A DNA stretch of 64,000 nucleotides, from the IMG/VR virus record IMGVR_UViG_3300023703_000810. One strand, 5' to 3'. Numbering within the stretch: position 1 is the stretch's first letter; each line of letters opens with the position of its first letter. Shown piece by piece: positions 28,201-39,818 of this stretch. The translations under genes and the position numbers were made by a program. This stretch comes from an uncultured virus (IMG/VR IMGVR_UViG_3300023703_000810). Lineage: Duplodnaviria; Heunggongvirae; Uroviricota; Caudoviricetes. The notes under the pieces were generated by a model, which had not been told where the DNA came from, did not search any database, and was given only the letters and a program-made list of their open reading frames with translations.

Positions 28201-28836
28201 ATGAGTAATACTATCATACTCAAAAAGTCATCAGTTGGCGCAAAAGTTCCACTGACGACTGATTTGGCTTACGGTGAATTGGCATTAAACTATGCTGATG
28301 GTAAACTGTATTTCAAGAATTCTTCTAATCAAATAAGTTATCTCGGTTCTTCTTCAGCTACTGAGACTCTAACTAATAAAACTCTCACATCCCCTTCTCT
28401 TAATAGTGCTACTGCCGACAACTTAACGTTGACTGGCACATTAACAGCAAACTCCACGACTGGCACTATTGGCCAACATTTAACTTCTACAGGTACTGGG
28501 GTTAAGTGGGAATCAAATACAATTGTTAACCTAGACGATGTCGCTCTGGTTAACCCACAACCACAACAAGTATTAACTTACACTGGCTCTAATTGGATTA
28601 ACGCCGATTCAAATGCTGTTGTGGCATCTGCTGTTTTCGCTACATCTCAATCAGACTTGGGTTCTGTTGCAGATTCAAACGTCACAGTATCAGAAAATCT
28701 TGGTTTATTGACTGAGGTTTCTAGTAACATCTACGACTTAGGTGTATTGAGCTTTACGGGTATTATCTCGTTAAACAACATTGACCAATCAGTCAAATCA
28801 GACTATCTTGGTTATTCTATTATTTTTGGTTTCTAA
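28201..28836 (+). CDS. Short tail fibre-like protein
   Basis: IILKKSS..P..LAYGELALNYADGKLYFKN; ETLTNKTL. Confidence 0.7.
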   Translation: MSNTIILKKSSVGAKVPLTTDLAYGELALNYADGKLYFKNSSNQISYLGSSSATETLTNKTLTSPSLNSATADNLTLTGTLTANSTTGTIGQHLTSTGTGVKWESNTIVNLDDVALVNPQPQQVLTYTGSNWINADSNAVVASAVFATSQSDLGSVADSNVTVSENLGLLTEVSSNIYDLGVLSFTGIISLNNIDQSVKSDYLGYSIIFGF

Positions 28837-28845
28837 GGATATAAC

Positions 28846-31713
28846 ATGGCACGTCAGTTAATTGAAAAATACATATTCTCCCCTAACGCAGCAGGACAAG
28901 GTACACTCAAGTTTCCTGGAAAAGTTGATCTGACTCAACTATTGATTATTGCGAACAAGACACAACAAACAAACATCTATGCGATTGGTGACCCTACTAA
29001 GAATGGTTCAATCGTATACGATCCAAGCGACATCACTACGTTCTACTCAGAACAGCCTGGAGTTTCAACTGTAACATTCGCAGCTGATACTTCTACTATG
29101 CTTAGCACAGATAAGATTGCGATCTATACTGATGCTCCAAAACAAGTCGGTAACATTATTCGTCCTTATGCATTCGGCGTCGATGCTATTGAACGTATGC
29201 GCGTTGCTCAACCACAGTCATTGATTGACGCTGACTTTGAATATGGTCTACAGCCAACTAAGTGGCAGAACTACTCTGACATCCGCGGAATTCCAGGTAT
29301 TTACGAAAAACCAGGTCTTGACTTGTTCGTATCTAACATCACATCAGACGGTGGTAACCCATCTGTTATGACTGTGACTTGTTCACAACCTCATGGTCTT
29401 GCCGTAGCGCAGCCAGTTATTATCTTCGGTACTGCTGGTGTTTCTAATGCTGCTCGTGCTGAAGGTGCTTTCGTTGTAGCTACTGTTCCAGATACAGTCA
29501 CATTTACATTCTTCGCCAAGGGTATCGTTGGTGTAAACGGCACTTCTGTTTACAACCAATCAACATATGCTCGTCGTGGTGGTTTCTATGCTGGAGCTGA
29601 ACTTCCAATTACTGGATATGTTTCTGATGCTAACTCTCCATCTAAAATTACAGTGACTTGTTCCGCACCCCATGGTTTAGTTCCAGGTGCTCCTATCGTT
29701 AACGTTGTAACATCTGTTGGCACTAACCACACACTAATGGGTGGTAACTTCTTTATCGAAACTGTTCCATCTCCAACGACATTTACATTTACTGCTCGAG
29801 TTGGTGGAGCAGTCGCTAACTCTGCTATTGTAGCTAAAACTTATACTCGTTCAGACGCTTACGTTCAACATCGTCCATTTGACGGGGGTGTTAACATTGG
29901 CACATTCCTACCATCACATGGTGCTTCTGTCTCTCGTCAGACTAAGAAGTATATGCGTTACCAGTCTGGTAAAGGTATTCTCTGGACTTCTGGTGTTTTG
30001 TTTAACCCAGTTCTAAACCTAGACCAGATCTCTGCATCAGGTACAACTGTTGGTTCTGTTATTACAGTATCTACTGAAATTGACCATGGTCTTCAGGTTG
30101 GTGCTACTGTTCAGATTGCTGGTGTTGTAACTTCTGGTTATAATGGTACATACGGTGTTACTGGTATCACAAACGAATCTACATTTACTGTTGCTGCGAC
30201 TACTACACTTGGTGGAACTGCAGCTGTTATTACTAACTTACCACGTGTAACTGTTAAAAACTGGATTGGAGCAACTACTCGTTGCGGTCCATTCGATGAT
30301 CAAAACGGATTATTCTGGGAATTCGACGGACAAGAACTTGCTGTTGTTAAACGTTCTGCAACATACCAGTTGTCTGGCTTTATTACTGCAACTGCTGGTT
30401 CTCAAGCTATTACTGGTACTTCTACACGATTCACGCAACAGCTAAAGGTTGGAGATTCTATCGTTATTCGTGGTATGACTTATCGCGTTGGTTCTATCAC
30501 TGATGATACTACTATGACAGTTAATCCAGAATATCGTGGTGTTAACAACGCATCTGGTATTAAAATTGCTCAAGTTCTAGACCAACGTATTCCACAGTCT
30601 CAGTTTAACATCGATAAGATTGATGGTACTGGTATTTCTGGTTACAACATTAACCTAAACAAGATGCAGATGCTTGGTATCTCATTCTCTTGGTATGGTG
30701 CTGGTTTCATCGACTTTATGTGTCGTGGTGGTGACGGTAATATGATTCTTGTTCATCGTATGAAACAAAACAACGTGAACGATGAAGCGTATATGCGTTC
30801 AGGTAACTCTGCTGTGCGTTACCAAGCTATCAATGAATCTGCTCGTGATCGTCTAGCTAACTCAATGACTAATACTGCTACAAGTATGGATCTGGTAGAT
30901 GCTACACGTTTCCCTTCTACTGGTGGTGTAGTTATGGTAGAAAACGAGTGTATTGCGTATACAGGTAAGTCTGGCAATACACTAACAGGTCTTACACGTG
31001 GCGCGTCATTTACGATGTTCGTTGGTGGTTCTAATAAGACATTTACTGCTGGTTCTGCTGCAGTCCATGCTGTTGGTAACGGATACAACGCTGTAACTTT
31101 AATCAGCTGTACTTGCTCTCCCGTTGTTAACCACTGGGGTTCTTCTTATATTATGGACGGTAACTTTGACTCAGATCGTGGTTACTACTTCAACTACGCT
31201 GCAACAGGTATTACACTTGCTGGTGGACAGTCTAAAACTGCATTCTTCTTGCGTTTAGCTCCATCTGTATCAAACTCAATTGCTGGCGCGTTCGGAGACC
31301 GTGACTTAATTAACCGTTCGCAGTTACTGCTACAAAACTTACAGATTCAATCAGACGTGCCTGTTCAGGTATATGGTATCTTGAATCCAGGTAACATTGA
31401 CGCATCAACACTAACTTGGCAAGCTGTTAACACAGCAGCACTTGGTTCTCAACCATCATTTGCTCAGATTTCTACGAGTACTACTACTGCAGCAACTCCA
31501 GGTGAGCAAAACTTCTCAACACTTGGTCAGCCAGCTGGTTTCGCTGAGATTGACTTGAAGAACTTGAAGGAATTAACAAACTCTGCCATCGGTGGTTACT
31601 CAAACTATCCAGATGGTCCAGACGTTTTAGCTGTTGTTGTTAAGAACATCGCTTCGAGTGGTAGTGCTTCGAACGTTAACGTAAACTTGTTCTGGTCTGA
31701 AGCACAAGCCTAA
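28846..31713 (+). CDS. Large virion structural / fibre-associated protein
   Basis: Beta-rich; RVAQPQSLIDADFEYG, RQTKKYMRYQSGKG, SWYGAG, HWGSSYIMDG; repeated HGL modules. Confidence 0.65.
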   Translation: MARQLIEKYIFSPNAAGQGTLKFPGKVDLTQLLIIANKTQQTNIYAIGDPTKNGSIVYDPSDITTFYSEQPGVSTVTFAADTSTMLSTDKIAIYTDAPKQVGNIIRPYAFGVDAIERMRVAQPQSLIDADFEYGLQPTKWQNYSDIRGIPGIYEKPGLDLFVSNITSDGGNPSVMTVTCSQPHGLAVAQPVIIFGTAGVSNAARAEGAFVVATVPDTVTFTFFAKGIVGVNGTSVYNQSTYARRGGFYAGAELPITGYVSDANSPSKITVTCSAPHGLVPGAPIVNVVTSVGTNHTLMGGNFFIETVPSPTTFTFTARVGGAVANSAIVAKTYTRSDAYVQHRPFDGGVNIGTFLPSHGASVSRQTKKYMRYQSGKGILWTSGVLFNPVLNLDQISASGTTVGSVITVSTEIDHGLQVGATVQIAGVVTSGYNGTYGVTGITNESTFTVAATTTLGGTAAVITNLPRVTVKNWIGATTRCGPFDDQNGLFWEFDGQELAVVKRSATYQLSGFITATAGSQAITGTSTRFTQQLKVGDSIVIRGMTYRVGSITDDTTMTVNPEYRGVNNASGIKIAQVLDQRIPQSQFNIDKIDGTGISGYNINLNKMQMLGISFSWYGAGFIDFMCRGGDGNMILVHRMKQNNVNDEAYMRSGNSAVRYQAINESARDRLANSMTNTATSMDLVDATRFPSTGGVVMVENECIAYTGKSGNTLTGLTRGASFTMFVGGSNKTFTAGSAAVHAVGNGYNAVTLISCTCSPVVNHWGSSYIMDGNFDSDRGYYFNYAATGITLAGGQSKTAFFLRLAPSVSNSIAGAFGDRDLINRSQLLLQNLQIQSDVPVQVYGILNPGNIDASTLTWQAVNTAALGSQPSFAQISTSTTTAATPGEQNFSTLGQPAGFAEIDLKNLKELTNSAIGGYSNYPDGPDVLAVVVKNIASSGSASNVNVNLFWSEAQA

Positions 31714-31736
31714 ATATATCGAATTAGAGGAAAACT

Positions 31737-33344
31737 ATGTCAACACAAGTACAATTTAGACGAGGTACAACAACACAGAACAATGCGTTCACTGGCGCAG
31801 CTGGTGAAATTTCTGTTGATACCGATCTTAAAACCATCCGTCTACACGACGGTACTACAGCTGGTGGCGGTGCTACCATGCTTAACAACATCTCTGCGCA
31901 AACAGCACTGAATAAAACATTCAGTACAGGTTCTGTTTGGCAGGGTTCTGCTGTTGGTTTAGGGTACGGTGGTACTGGTTCTGCTCTTTCTGCAGTAGCT
32001 GGTGCTGTTGCATACTCTGGTGCTTCTGGTTTGGCATTAACTGCAGCTGGTACTTCTGGTCAGATTCTAGTATCTGGTGGTACTAACTCTCCAACTTGGG
32101 TGTCAGCTTCTTCTATCTCTGCTGGTACATCTGCTCTTGCTGCTACTGCTACTAACATTGCTGGTGGTTCTGCTGGACAGTTAGTTATTCAATCAGATAC
32201 ATCCCTAACTACGTTCATTACTGCTGGTGCTGCTGGCACATTCTTGAAGTCGGCTGGTGCTGGTTATGCTCCTACTTGGGCAGCTGGTGCAGTTACTATT
32301 GGTTCTACTACAGTCGCACTTGGTGCTACTGCTACTTCTATTGGTGGTCTAGATATTTTAACTGCAACTGGCAATAGTAACTGGACACTCCCAGTAGGTA
32401 CTACTGCTCAGCGCCCAGCGACTCCAGCTGTTGGTATGGTTCGTTACAATACTGATACTGTTGGTTTTGAAGGTTATGCGTCAGGTGCGTGGTCTTCTCT
32501 TGGCGGTGTTTCTTCTGTAGACAAATTTACATATATTCGTGCAGAAACATCTGCTGGTGCATCTAACGGCGAATTGGAATTCTTTGCCGAAAATGCAGCA
32601 GGCACTGCAGCAGCTAAACAAGGTGGTTGGAACTATACACGTCTATTAACTAACACTCCAATCGACTTTGCAGGTTCTACTTCTGGTACTACTCGTTTGA
32701 TTGCAACAGCTGCTGCTTCTGGTACTCTGACTTTACCAGCAGCAACTGATACATTAGTTGGTAAAGCTACCACTGATACATTAACAAACAAAACATTAAC
32801 TAGCCCAGTACTCACAACTCCTGTTCTTGGCACACCATCTTCTGGTACGTTGACTAGCTGTACTGGTCTTCCACTAACTACTGGTGTTACTGGTACATTA
32901 CCTGTTGCTAACGGCGGCACTGGTACAACTACATCTACTGGTAGCGGTAGCGTAGTTTTGTCTGCTTCTCCAACTATTACTGGTACACTAACAGTTACTG
33001 GTAACATTACAGCAACAACTACTATTGCTGCTTACTTCTCAGATGATCGTCTAAAGACCCGTACTGGTTTGATCGAAAACGCTCTAGAGAAAGTTCTTTC
33101 TCTAGATGGTTTCCATTACCACGCGAACGAAACTGCTGTTGCTTTAGGATATGATGCTTCTATCCAGCAAGTCGGGGTTTCAGCGCAACAAGTTAAAGCA
33201 GTATTACCTGAAGTTATTGCTCCAGCTCCTATCGACCCACAGTATATGACAGTTCAGTACGATCGTATTGTACCATTGTTGATTGAAGCTATCAAAGAAC
33301 AACAAAAACAAATCGAAGAATTAAAAGCTAAGCTAGGAAACTAA
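31737..33344 (+). CDS. Tail fibre with Mtd-like N-terminus and C-terminal S74 chaperone
   Basis: VQFRRGTT..FTGAAGEISVDTD..HDG; LPVGTTAQRP; FSDDRLK..GVSAQQV..LLIEAIKE. Confidence 0.85.
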   Translation: MSTQVQFRRGTTTQNNAFTGAAGEISVDTDLKTIRLHDGTTAGGGATMLNNISAQTALNKTFSTGSVWQGSAVGLGYGGTGSALSAVAGAVAYSGASGLALTAAGTSGQILVSGGTNSPTWVSASSISAGTSALAATATNIAGGSAGQLVIQSDTSLTTFITAGAAGTFLKSAGAGYAPTWAAGAVTIGSTTVALGATATSIGGLDILTATGNSNWTLPVGTTAQRPATPAVGMVRYNTDTVGFEGYASGAWSSLGGVSSVDKFTYIRAETSAGASNGELEFFAENAAGTAAAKQGGWNYTRLLTNTPIDFAGSTSGTTRLIATAAASGTLTLPAATDTLVGKATTDTLTNKTLTSPVLTTPVLGTPSSGTLTSCTGLPLTTGVTGTLPVANGGTGTTTSTGSGSVVLSASPTITGTLTVTGNITATTTIAAYFSDDRLKTRTGLIENALEKVLSLDGFHYHANETAVALGYDASIQQVGVSAQQVKAVLPEVIAPAPIDPQYMTVQYDRIVPLLIEAIKEQQKQIEELKAKLGN

Positions 33345-33345
33345 T

Positions 33346-34302
33346 ATGGCAATTCCAACATCACGAGAATCACTAAAGCAGTATGCTTTGAGAGCACTCG
33401 GTGCTCCTGTTCTCGAAATCAACGTGGACGATGACCAGATCGAAGATCGTATTGACGAAGCTCTGGATTACTGGCGTCTGTACCATTACGAAGGTGTTGA
33501 AGAGATTTATCTAAAGCAGCAGATTCGTGCTTCTGAGATCGTTCTAACTGACCCAGTCGCAAGTCAGTTTAAATTAGAAGAACATATCACTGGCGCTACT
33601 TCTGGAGCTAAAGCTACCGTAACTCGCGAATCACAACGTATGTCTGCTGGCACTCTATTGCTAGTTAAGAACATCGTTGGTACATTTATTCCAGGTGAAG
33701 CTATCCACGGCACAACAGTGACTGCAACTACAGTTTCTATCACTCCACGTGAATATGATAATCGTTACATCAATATCCCAGACTATGTCTATGGTATTAC
33801 TGATGTACTTTCTATCGGACAAGCATCATCTTCTAAGAACATTTTCGACTTACAGTACCAGTTGCGTTTGAATGACTTGTATGATTTAACATCTACATCT
33901 ATCATTTACTACACAACAGTTATGCAACACTTGGACTTGCTAGACTGGACTCTAAACGGTAAGAACAATTTCCGATTCAACCGTCTACAAGACCGTATGT
34001 ATCTCGATATTAACTGGCAGTCTGATGTACAGTTTGGAGATTACATCATTATCAAATGCTACCGAGCAATGGATCCCGCCCAATGGTCTAAGATCTGGAA
34101 TGAGGCTTGGTTAAAGCGTTATGTTATTGCTTTGATTAAGAAACAGTGGGCTGTAAACATTAAGAAGTTTTCTGGTATCCAACTTCCAGGTGGTGTTACA
34201 TTGGATGGCGATAAACTATATCTTGAAGCTACAACTGAGATCGCTCAACTAGAAGACGAATTGCAAAACAAGTCTGCGCCATTAAACTTTATGATGGGCT
34301 AA
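33346..34302 (+). CDS. gp13: Neck protein gp13
   Basis: YALRALGAPVLEINVDDDQIEDRID; KFSGIQLPGGVTLDG. Confidence 0.92.
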   Translation: MAIPTSRESLKQYALRALGAPVLEINVDDDQIEDRIDEALDYWRLYHYEGVEEIYLKQQIRASEIVLTDPVASQFKLEEHITGATSGAKATVTRESQRMSAGTLLLVKNIVGTFIPGEAIHGTTVTATTVSITPREYDNRYINIPDYVYGITDVLSIGQASSSKNIFDLQYQLRLNDLYDLTSTSIIYYTTVMQHLDLLDWTLNGKNNFRFNRLQDRMYLDINWQSDVQFGDYIIIKCYRAMDPAQWSKIWNEAWLKRYVIALIKKQWAVNIKKFSGIQLPGGVTLDGDKLYLEATTEIAQLEDELQNKSAPLNFMMG

Positions 34303-34303
34303 G

Positions 34304-35203
34304 ATGTCAACAACTAATGTTTATTTCACACAGGGCACTAGAGGCGAACAGTCTCTAGTCGAAGACCTGATTATTGAATCGTTACGTATATACGGCAACG
34401 AGGTTATGTACATTCCAAGAACATTAGTTTCAAAAGACGAGATTCTTGGTGAAGACCGCCTATCAGAATTCAAGTCTGCATTCCCTATTGAGATGTATTT
34501 CGAGAACGTCGACTCTTTCGGTGGACAAGGTGCATTCATCCAGAAGTTTGGTTTAATGGTCGAACAGTCTGCCACGTTGGTTGTTGCTCGTCGTCGTTGG
34601 GAACAATTTGTTGGTCGCTACGGTGTAACAACTGTACCTTCTCGTCCGAACGAAGGTGACTTAATCTATTTCCCACTATCAAAAGGTTTGTTCGAAATCA
34701 AATTCGTACAACACCAAGACCCATTCTATCAGTTGGGTAAGCTGTATGTTTACAAGCTACAAATTGAATTGTTCCAGTATGCTTCTGAAGCTATTGATAC
34801 TGGTATCCCTGCTATTGACACGTTCGAGTCACTAAAGACATTCAACACAAATACAACAAGAAACCCTAATGGTCAGATTACTCAGATTGTTATGACTTCA
34901 AATGGGTCTGGTTATACCAATGCAACTGTTAATACAACAAGTAGTTCTGGATATGGAGCAGTATTAACACCAGTTATTAGCAATGGGCAGATAACAAGTA
35001 TCACTATTCAGAATGTAGGCAATCATTACCAGACACCTCCTGTATTAGACATTGTTGGTGATGGTATTGGAGCAGCAGCTACTGCTATTATCCAAGCTAA
35101 CATCGATGTACCTAGCTCATATGGAGATAACAACAGCTTTAAAGAAGAAGCTGCTTCGGTAATAAACTTCGATGAAACCAATCCATTCGGTGAGATTAAA
35201 TAA
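34304..35203 (+). CDS. gp14: Neck protein gp14 with GSGYT insert
   Basis: DLIIESLRIYG..YIPR; RPNEGDLIYFP..FEIKFV..PFYQLGK; ends NPFGE. Confidence 0.92.
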   Translation: MSTTNVYFTQGTRGEQSLVEDLIIESLRIYGNEVMYIPRTLVSKDEILGEDRLSEFKSAFPIEMYFENVDSFGGQGAFIQKFGLMVEQSATLVVARRRWEQFVGRYGVTTVPSRPNEGDLIYFPLSKGLFEIKFVQHQDPFYQLGKLYVYKLQIELFQYASEAIDTGIPAIDTFESLKTFNTNTTRNPNGQITQIVMTSNGSGYTNATVNTTSSSGYGAVLTPVISNGQITSITIQNVGNHYQTPPVLDIVGDGIGAAATAIIQANIDVPSSYGDNNSFKEEAASVINFDETNPFGEIK

Positions 35204-35946
35204 TGCTTAACGGAAATATCTACTATCACGGCATCATTCGTAAAAGCATTGTCGCTTTCGGACGACTATTCAGTGACATCTATATCGATCGCAAACAAGG
35301 TGATTCTGTTACTGGTCAGACTGCACAGCGTTTACAGATTCCATTAGCATACGCTCCAAAAGAAAAATGGATTGTTCGTTTAGATGGGGATCCGAACCTA
35401 GAGAATAATACTTACACGACTCTACCAAGAATGTCGTTCGAGATTACTGGCTATAACTACGACCCTTCTCGTAAGACTAATCGTATGCAGCAAGTTAAAT
35501 CTGGCACTGGCACATCTCAACCGACTGTGTATACTCCAGTACCTTACAATCTTGATATGTCTTTGTATATCTTAACCAAGACTCAAGAAGATGGTCTACA
35601 GATTTTGGAACAAATTCTTCCAACGTTCACACCTGAGTATACTCTAACAATCAATTCTATCCCAGAGATGGGCATTCAATCTGATGTGCCTATCGTTTTA
35701 CAGAGCGTTCAAGTTGAAGATAACTATGATGGATCTTTTCAAGATCGTCGTTTTGTCATACACACTTTGAATTTCCAATTGAAGATGAACCTATATGGTC
35801 CAATCTCTGATAAAAACGTCATCACTCAGGTTAATGCTAACATTGGTCAGAACGAGAACTTTAATGCTCCGAATAGAGTATATACCGCACAGGGTGACGC
35901 AACTACAGTAACAGTATCCAACGAGAGCTGGATGAACAATTTCTAA
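35203..35946 (+). CDS. gp15: Tail terminator / sheath stabiliser gp15
   Basis: AFGRLF..IPLAYAPKEKW; LPRMSFE; QILEQILPTFTP. Confidence 0.92.
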   Translation: MLNGNIYYHGIIRKSIVAFGRLFSDIYIDRKQGDSVTGQTAQRLQIPLAYAPKEKWIVRLDGDPNLENNTYTTLPRMSFEITGYNYDPSRKTNRMQQVKSGTGTSQPTVYTPVPYNLDMSLYILTKTQEDGLQILEQILPTFTPEYTLTINSIPEMGIQSDVPIVLQSVQVEDNYDGSFQDRRFVIHTLNFQLKMNLYGPISDKNVITQVNANIGQNENFNAPNRVYTAQGDATTVTVSNESWMNNF

Positions 35947-37523
35947 TGGCAGAAAATTATAATTCAAACGCGAACTTAAAGGCAGCTGGTGTTCAGGTAC
36001 AATTTACTCCTGAACAGGTTCAAGAGTATATCAAGTGTTCTCAAGACCCGATCTACTTTATTGAGAACTACTGCTATATCGTTTCTCTTGACCATGGTCT
36101 TATTAAGTTTGCATTATATGATTGTCAGAAAAACAAAATCAATGTCATCCATAATAACCGTCGTGTTATTCTTATGGAAGGGCGTCAACAGGGTAAGACT
36201 ACTACTTCTGCCGCCTACATTCTCTGGTACACTCTATTCCAATCAAACAAAAATGTAGCGATTTTGGCTAACAAAGCCACTGCTGCACGTGAAGTATTGG
36301 ATCGTTATCAGACTATGTACGAGGCTCTTCCAATGTGGTTGCAACAAGGTGTTACAACTTGGAACAAAGGTGACATCGAATTAGAGAACGGCTCTAAGGT
36401 ATTCACTGCAGCGACGTCTGCTTCTGGTATTCGTGGTAAGTCTGTAAACTTATTGTACGTTGACGAAGCTGCGATTATTCCAAACACTGTTGCTGAACAG
36501 TTCTTTACTTCTGTTTACCCTACTATTTCTGCGGGTCAAACAACAAAGATTCTTTTATCTTCTACGCCACTTGGTTACAATCACTTCTGGAAATTCTGGA
36601 ATGATGCTGAGAATGGACGTAACGGATTCGTACCACTATTCATTCCTTACTGGGAAATTCCAGGTCGTGATGAGAAGTGGGCAGCTGAACAAAAGGCTAT
36701 GCTCGGTGAACTCAAGTACAATCAAGAGGTTGTATGTAAGTTCTTGGGTTCTAGCTTAACACTGGTTAACGCCGATGTTATCGCTAAAATGTCTGTAGAC
36801 CCAATCATCTATCAGAAAGATGGTCTAGATATTTACGTTCGTCCATCTGCTGGACACGTATACTGTATTATTGCTGACGTTGCTAAGGGTGTTGGTGGAG
36901 ACCACTCTGCCTTCCAGATTATCGACATCACAGAAGTACCTTACCGAATTGTTGGTAAGTATAGAAATAACGAGATTAGTCCCCTATTGTATCCTAACGT
37001 TTTATACAAGATTGGTAAGGAATACAATGAGGCATATATCTTAATTGAAACGAACATTAGTGAACAGGTTGCTCACATCCTTTATAGTGAACTCGAATAC
37101 GAGAACATTCTAATGGTCAACCGTCAAACAAATGGTCAATATATCGGTGGTGGCTTCGGTGGAGGTAAAACTCAACTGGGTGTGAACACTGACAAAAAGG
37201 TCAAACGCATTGGATGTCACAACTTCAAAGCGATGGTCGAAGAAAATAAGCTGATTGTCAACGATGCTGATACAATCTCTGAGATCTCCACGTTTATTGA
37301 GGTTAAGGGGTCATATGCAGCAGACGAAGGTTATCACGATGACTTGGTAATGCCCTTGGTTCTCTTTGGTTGGCTCACAACTAACCCATATTTCAAAGAG
37401 CTAAATAATGTAAACCTCCGCGAAATTATGTATAAGAAACAAATGCAAGCTATCGAAGAGGAACTGACGCCATTCGGATTCTATGATAATGGAGACGGCG
37501 ATGCCGAGCCATTGAATTTCTGA
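35946..37523 (+). CDS. gp17: Terminase large subunit gp17
   Basis: RQQGKTT (Walker A), YVDEAA (Walker B), SSTPLG, ADVAKG, HDDLVM. Confidence 0.97.
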   Translation: MAENYNSNANLKAAGVQVQFTPEQVQEYIKCSQDPIYFIENYCYIVSLDHGLIKFALYDCQKNKINVIHNNRRVILMEGRQQGKTTTSAAYILWYTLFQSNKNVAILANKATAAREVLDRYQTMYEALPMWLQQGVTTWNKGDIELENGSKVFTAATSASGIRGKSVNLLYVDEAAIIPNTVAEQFFTSVYPTISAGQTTKILLSSTPLGYNHFWKFWNDAENGRNGFVPLFIPYWEIPGRDEKWAAEQKAMLGELKYNQEVVCKFLGSSLTLVNADVIAKMSVDPIIYQKDGLDIYVRPSAGHVYCIIADVAKGVGGDHSAFQIIDITEVPYRIVGKYRNNEISPLLYPNVLYKIGKEYNEAYILIETNISEQVAHILYSELEYENILMVNRQTNGQYIGGGFGGGKTQLGVNTDKKVKRIGCHNFKAMVEENKLIVNDADTISEISTFIEVKGSYAADEGYHDDLVMPLVLFGWLTTNPYFKELNNVNLREIMYKKQMQAIEEELTPFGFYDNGDGDAEPLNF

Positions 37524-37540
37524 GTTGAAAACTTGTAAAA

Positions 37541-37548
37541 ACTAAATA
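37541..37548 (+). promoter_or_regulatory. Late promoter element ACTAAATA
   Basis: Intergenic, upstream of gp18. Confidence 0.55.
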
Positions 37549-37604
37549 AAATGTAGACACGATTTTCTGTCTAAAGTAAAAACTTATTAACAAGGAGAAT
37601 TACA

Positions 37605-39782
37605 ATGCCTTTCCAATTATCTCCAGGCGTTGCAGTCGTAGAAAAAGATTTTTCATCAATCGTTCCAGCCGTGTCTAGCTCACGTGGAGCTTTTGCTGGT
37701 GCGTTTGCTTGGGGTCCAGTTTTGGCTCCTACATCTGTCACTTCCGAGAACGAATTAGTTCGTCTATTCGGTAAGCCACAAGACGCCAATGCCCAATCTT
37801 TCTTTACTGCAGCAAACTTCCTGTCTTATACAAATAGCCTATTAGTTAGCCGTGCTGACACTGCTACACAACGTAACGCTGTTGCAACTCAAACTGGTAC
37901 TGTTACTGGTGTCTCTGTAGGCAACCAAGGTTCTGGTTATACTTCTATTCCAGAAGTAGCATTCTCTGCTCCAGACATTGCTGGTGGCATTCAAGCTACT
38001 GGTACTGCTCGTCTTTCTGGTGGTGGCGTTACTGGTATCGCTGTTTCTGGTGGTGGCGCTAACTATGCTTCAGCTACAGTAAACATCTCTGCTCCACAAG
38101 TTGCTGGTGGTACTACTGCTACTGCTCACGCAACTATCTCTGGTGGCGCTATTACTGCTATCGTTATCGATACAGCTGGTTCTGGTTACACTTCTGCTCC
38201 AACAGTTCAGATCGTTTCTGCTACTGGTGCAGGTGCTACTGTAGGATCTGTTTCTATCTCTGCTTCTACTGTTACTGGTATCGTTATCAACGAATCTGGT
38301 ACTGGTTACACTTCTGCTCCAACAGTTACTGTGGCTGATCCAGATTCTGGAACAACTGCTACTGCTACTGCTGAAATTACAGTCGGTGGTGTTAAGATTA
38401 ACAACTCTGACGTTTACCTACAATCTTTCTCTAATGGTGAAGGTGTTGTTGGTGAATTTGCTGCTCGTTTCCCAGGAACTTTAGGTAACTCTATTGCAGT
38501 TTCTATCGTTGACTCAGCTACTTGGACTGCATGGAATGTTGCTTATAAATCTAACTTCGATGCTGCTCCAAGCACATCTACATACGCTGCTAATGTTAAT
38601 GGTACTAATGATGAAGTTCACGTTATCGTTGTTGACGAAGGTGGCGCATGGACTGGTATTCCAGGAACTGTTCTAGAAAAATTTGCGTTTGCTTCTAAGG
38701 CATCTGATGCTAAGAAGTCTGACGGTACAAATAACTACTACAAGAACGTTATCAACACAAACTCTGAATACATCTACTGGATGGATCACCCTGTTGGTGG
38801 CACTAACTGGGGTGCTGCTGCTCAGTCTACAACTTTTGCTACTCTTGGCTCTGCTGTTACTCGTTCACTATCTGGTGGTGTAGATAACCTTACTGCTACT
38901 GATGGCCAATTGATGACTGCTTACTCTTTGTTTGCTGATGATGCTCAATATGACGTATCATTGATTCCAATGGGTAAGGCTTCTGCTGCTGTTGTTGACT
39001 ACGTTATCAGTAACGTTGCTGAAGTTCGTTTGGACTGCGTTGTATTTGCTTCTGCAGAAAACGTTTCTACTGGTGAACCAATCATCGGTACAGGTTCTAA
39101 CGCTACTGACAAGATTGTTGCATACCGTAATGCTCTACCAAGCACTTCTTATGCTGTTCTTGACTCTGGCTTCAAGTACCAATATGACCGTTACAACGAT
39201 AAGTATCGTTGGATCCCATTGAACGGTGACACTGCTGGTCTATGTGCACGCACTGATTACACTAACGACCCATGGTTCTCTCCATCTGGTCTAAACCGTG
39301 GTCAAATCAAGAACGTTGTTAAGTTGGCTCACAATCCAACTAAAGCAGATCGCGATATCCTGTACAAAGCTGGTGTAAACCCAATCGTTACATTCCCAGG
39401 AGAAGGTACTGTTCTATTCGGTGACAAGACATTGTTGGCTAAGCCATCTGCTTTCGATCGTATCAACGTTCGTCGCTTGTTCATTGTTATGGAAAAAGCT
39501 ATCGCTACTGCTGCTAAGTATCAATTGTTCGAATTCAACGATCCATTCACTCGCGCTCAGTTCAAGAACTTGATCGAGCCATTCCTACGTGACATTCAAG
39601 GTCGTCGTGGTATTACAGATTTCGCTGTTAAGTGCGATGAGTCTAACAACACTGGTCAAGTAATTGACTCTAACAACTTTGTTGCTGACATCTTCGTTAA
39701 GCCAAACCGTTCTATCAACTTTATTACTCTAAACTTCGTGGCTGCTCGTTCTAGCATTAGCTTCAGCGAATTAGGTGCTTAA
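37605..39782 (+). CDS. gp18: Tail sheath protein gp18 with GSGYT repeat insertion
   Basis: [37 protein letters not shown]. Confidence 0.97.
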   Translation: MPFQLSPGVAVVEKDFSSIVPAVSSSRGAFAGAFAWGPVLAPTSVTSENELVRLFGKPQDANAQSFFTAANFLSYTNSLLVSRADTATQRNAVATQTGTVTGVSVGNQGSGYTSIPEVAFSAPDIAGGIQATGTARLSGGGVTGIAVSGGGANYASATVNISAPQVAGGTTATAHATISGGAITAIVIDTAGSGYTSAPTVQIVSATGAGATVGSVSISASTVTGIVINESGTGYTSAPTVTVADPDSGTTATATAEITVGGVKINNSDVYLQSFSNGEGVVGEFAARFPGTLGNSIAVSIVDSATWTAWNVAYKSNFDAAPSTSTYAANVNGTNDEVHVIVVDEGGAWTGIPGTVLEKFAFASKASDAKKSDGTNNYYKNVINTNSEYIYWMDHPVGGTNWGAAAQSTTFATLGSAVTRSLSGGVDNLTATDGQLMTAYSLFADDAQYDVSLIPMGKASAAVVDYVISNVAEVRLDCVVFASAENVSTGEPIIGTGSNATDKIVAYRNALPSTSYAVLDSGFKYQYDRYNDKYRWIPLNGDTAGLCARTDYTNDPWFSPSGLNRGQIKNVVKLAHNPTKADRDILYKAGVNPIVTFPGEGTVLFGDKTLLAKPSAFDRINVRRLFIVMEKAIATAAKYQLFEFNDPFTRAQFKNLIEPFLRDIQGRRGITDFAVKCDESNNTGQVIDSNNFVADIFVKPNRSINFITLNFVAARSSISFSELGA

Positions 39783-39818
39783 TTAGAGAATAAATAAGAA
39801 AGAATAAGGAGAATTTAA

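Noticed and set aside
31737..33344. Diversity-generating retroelement, suggested by the Mtd-like N-terminus
   Set aside because: The C-terminus is an S74 chaperone; I saw no reverse transcriptase and no TR/VR repeat pair differing at adenines in this window.
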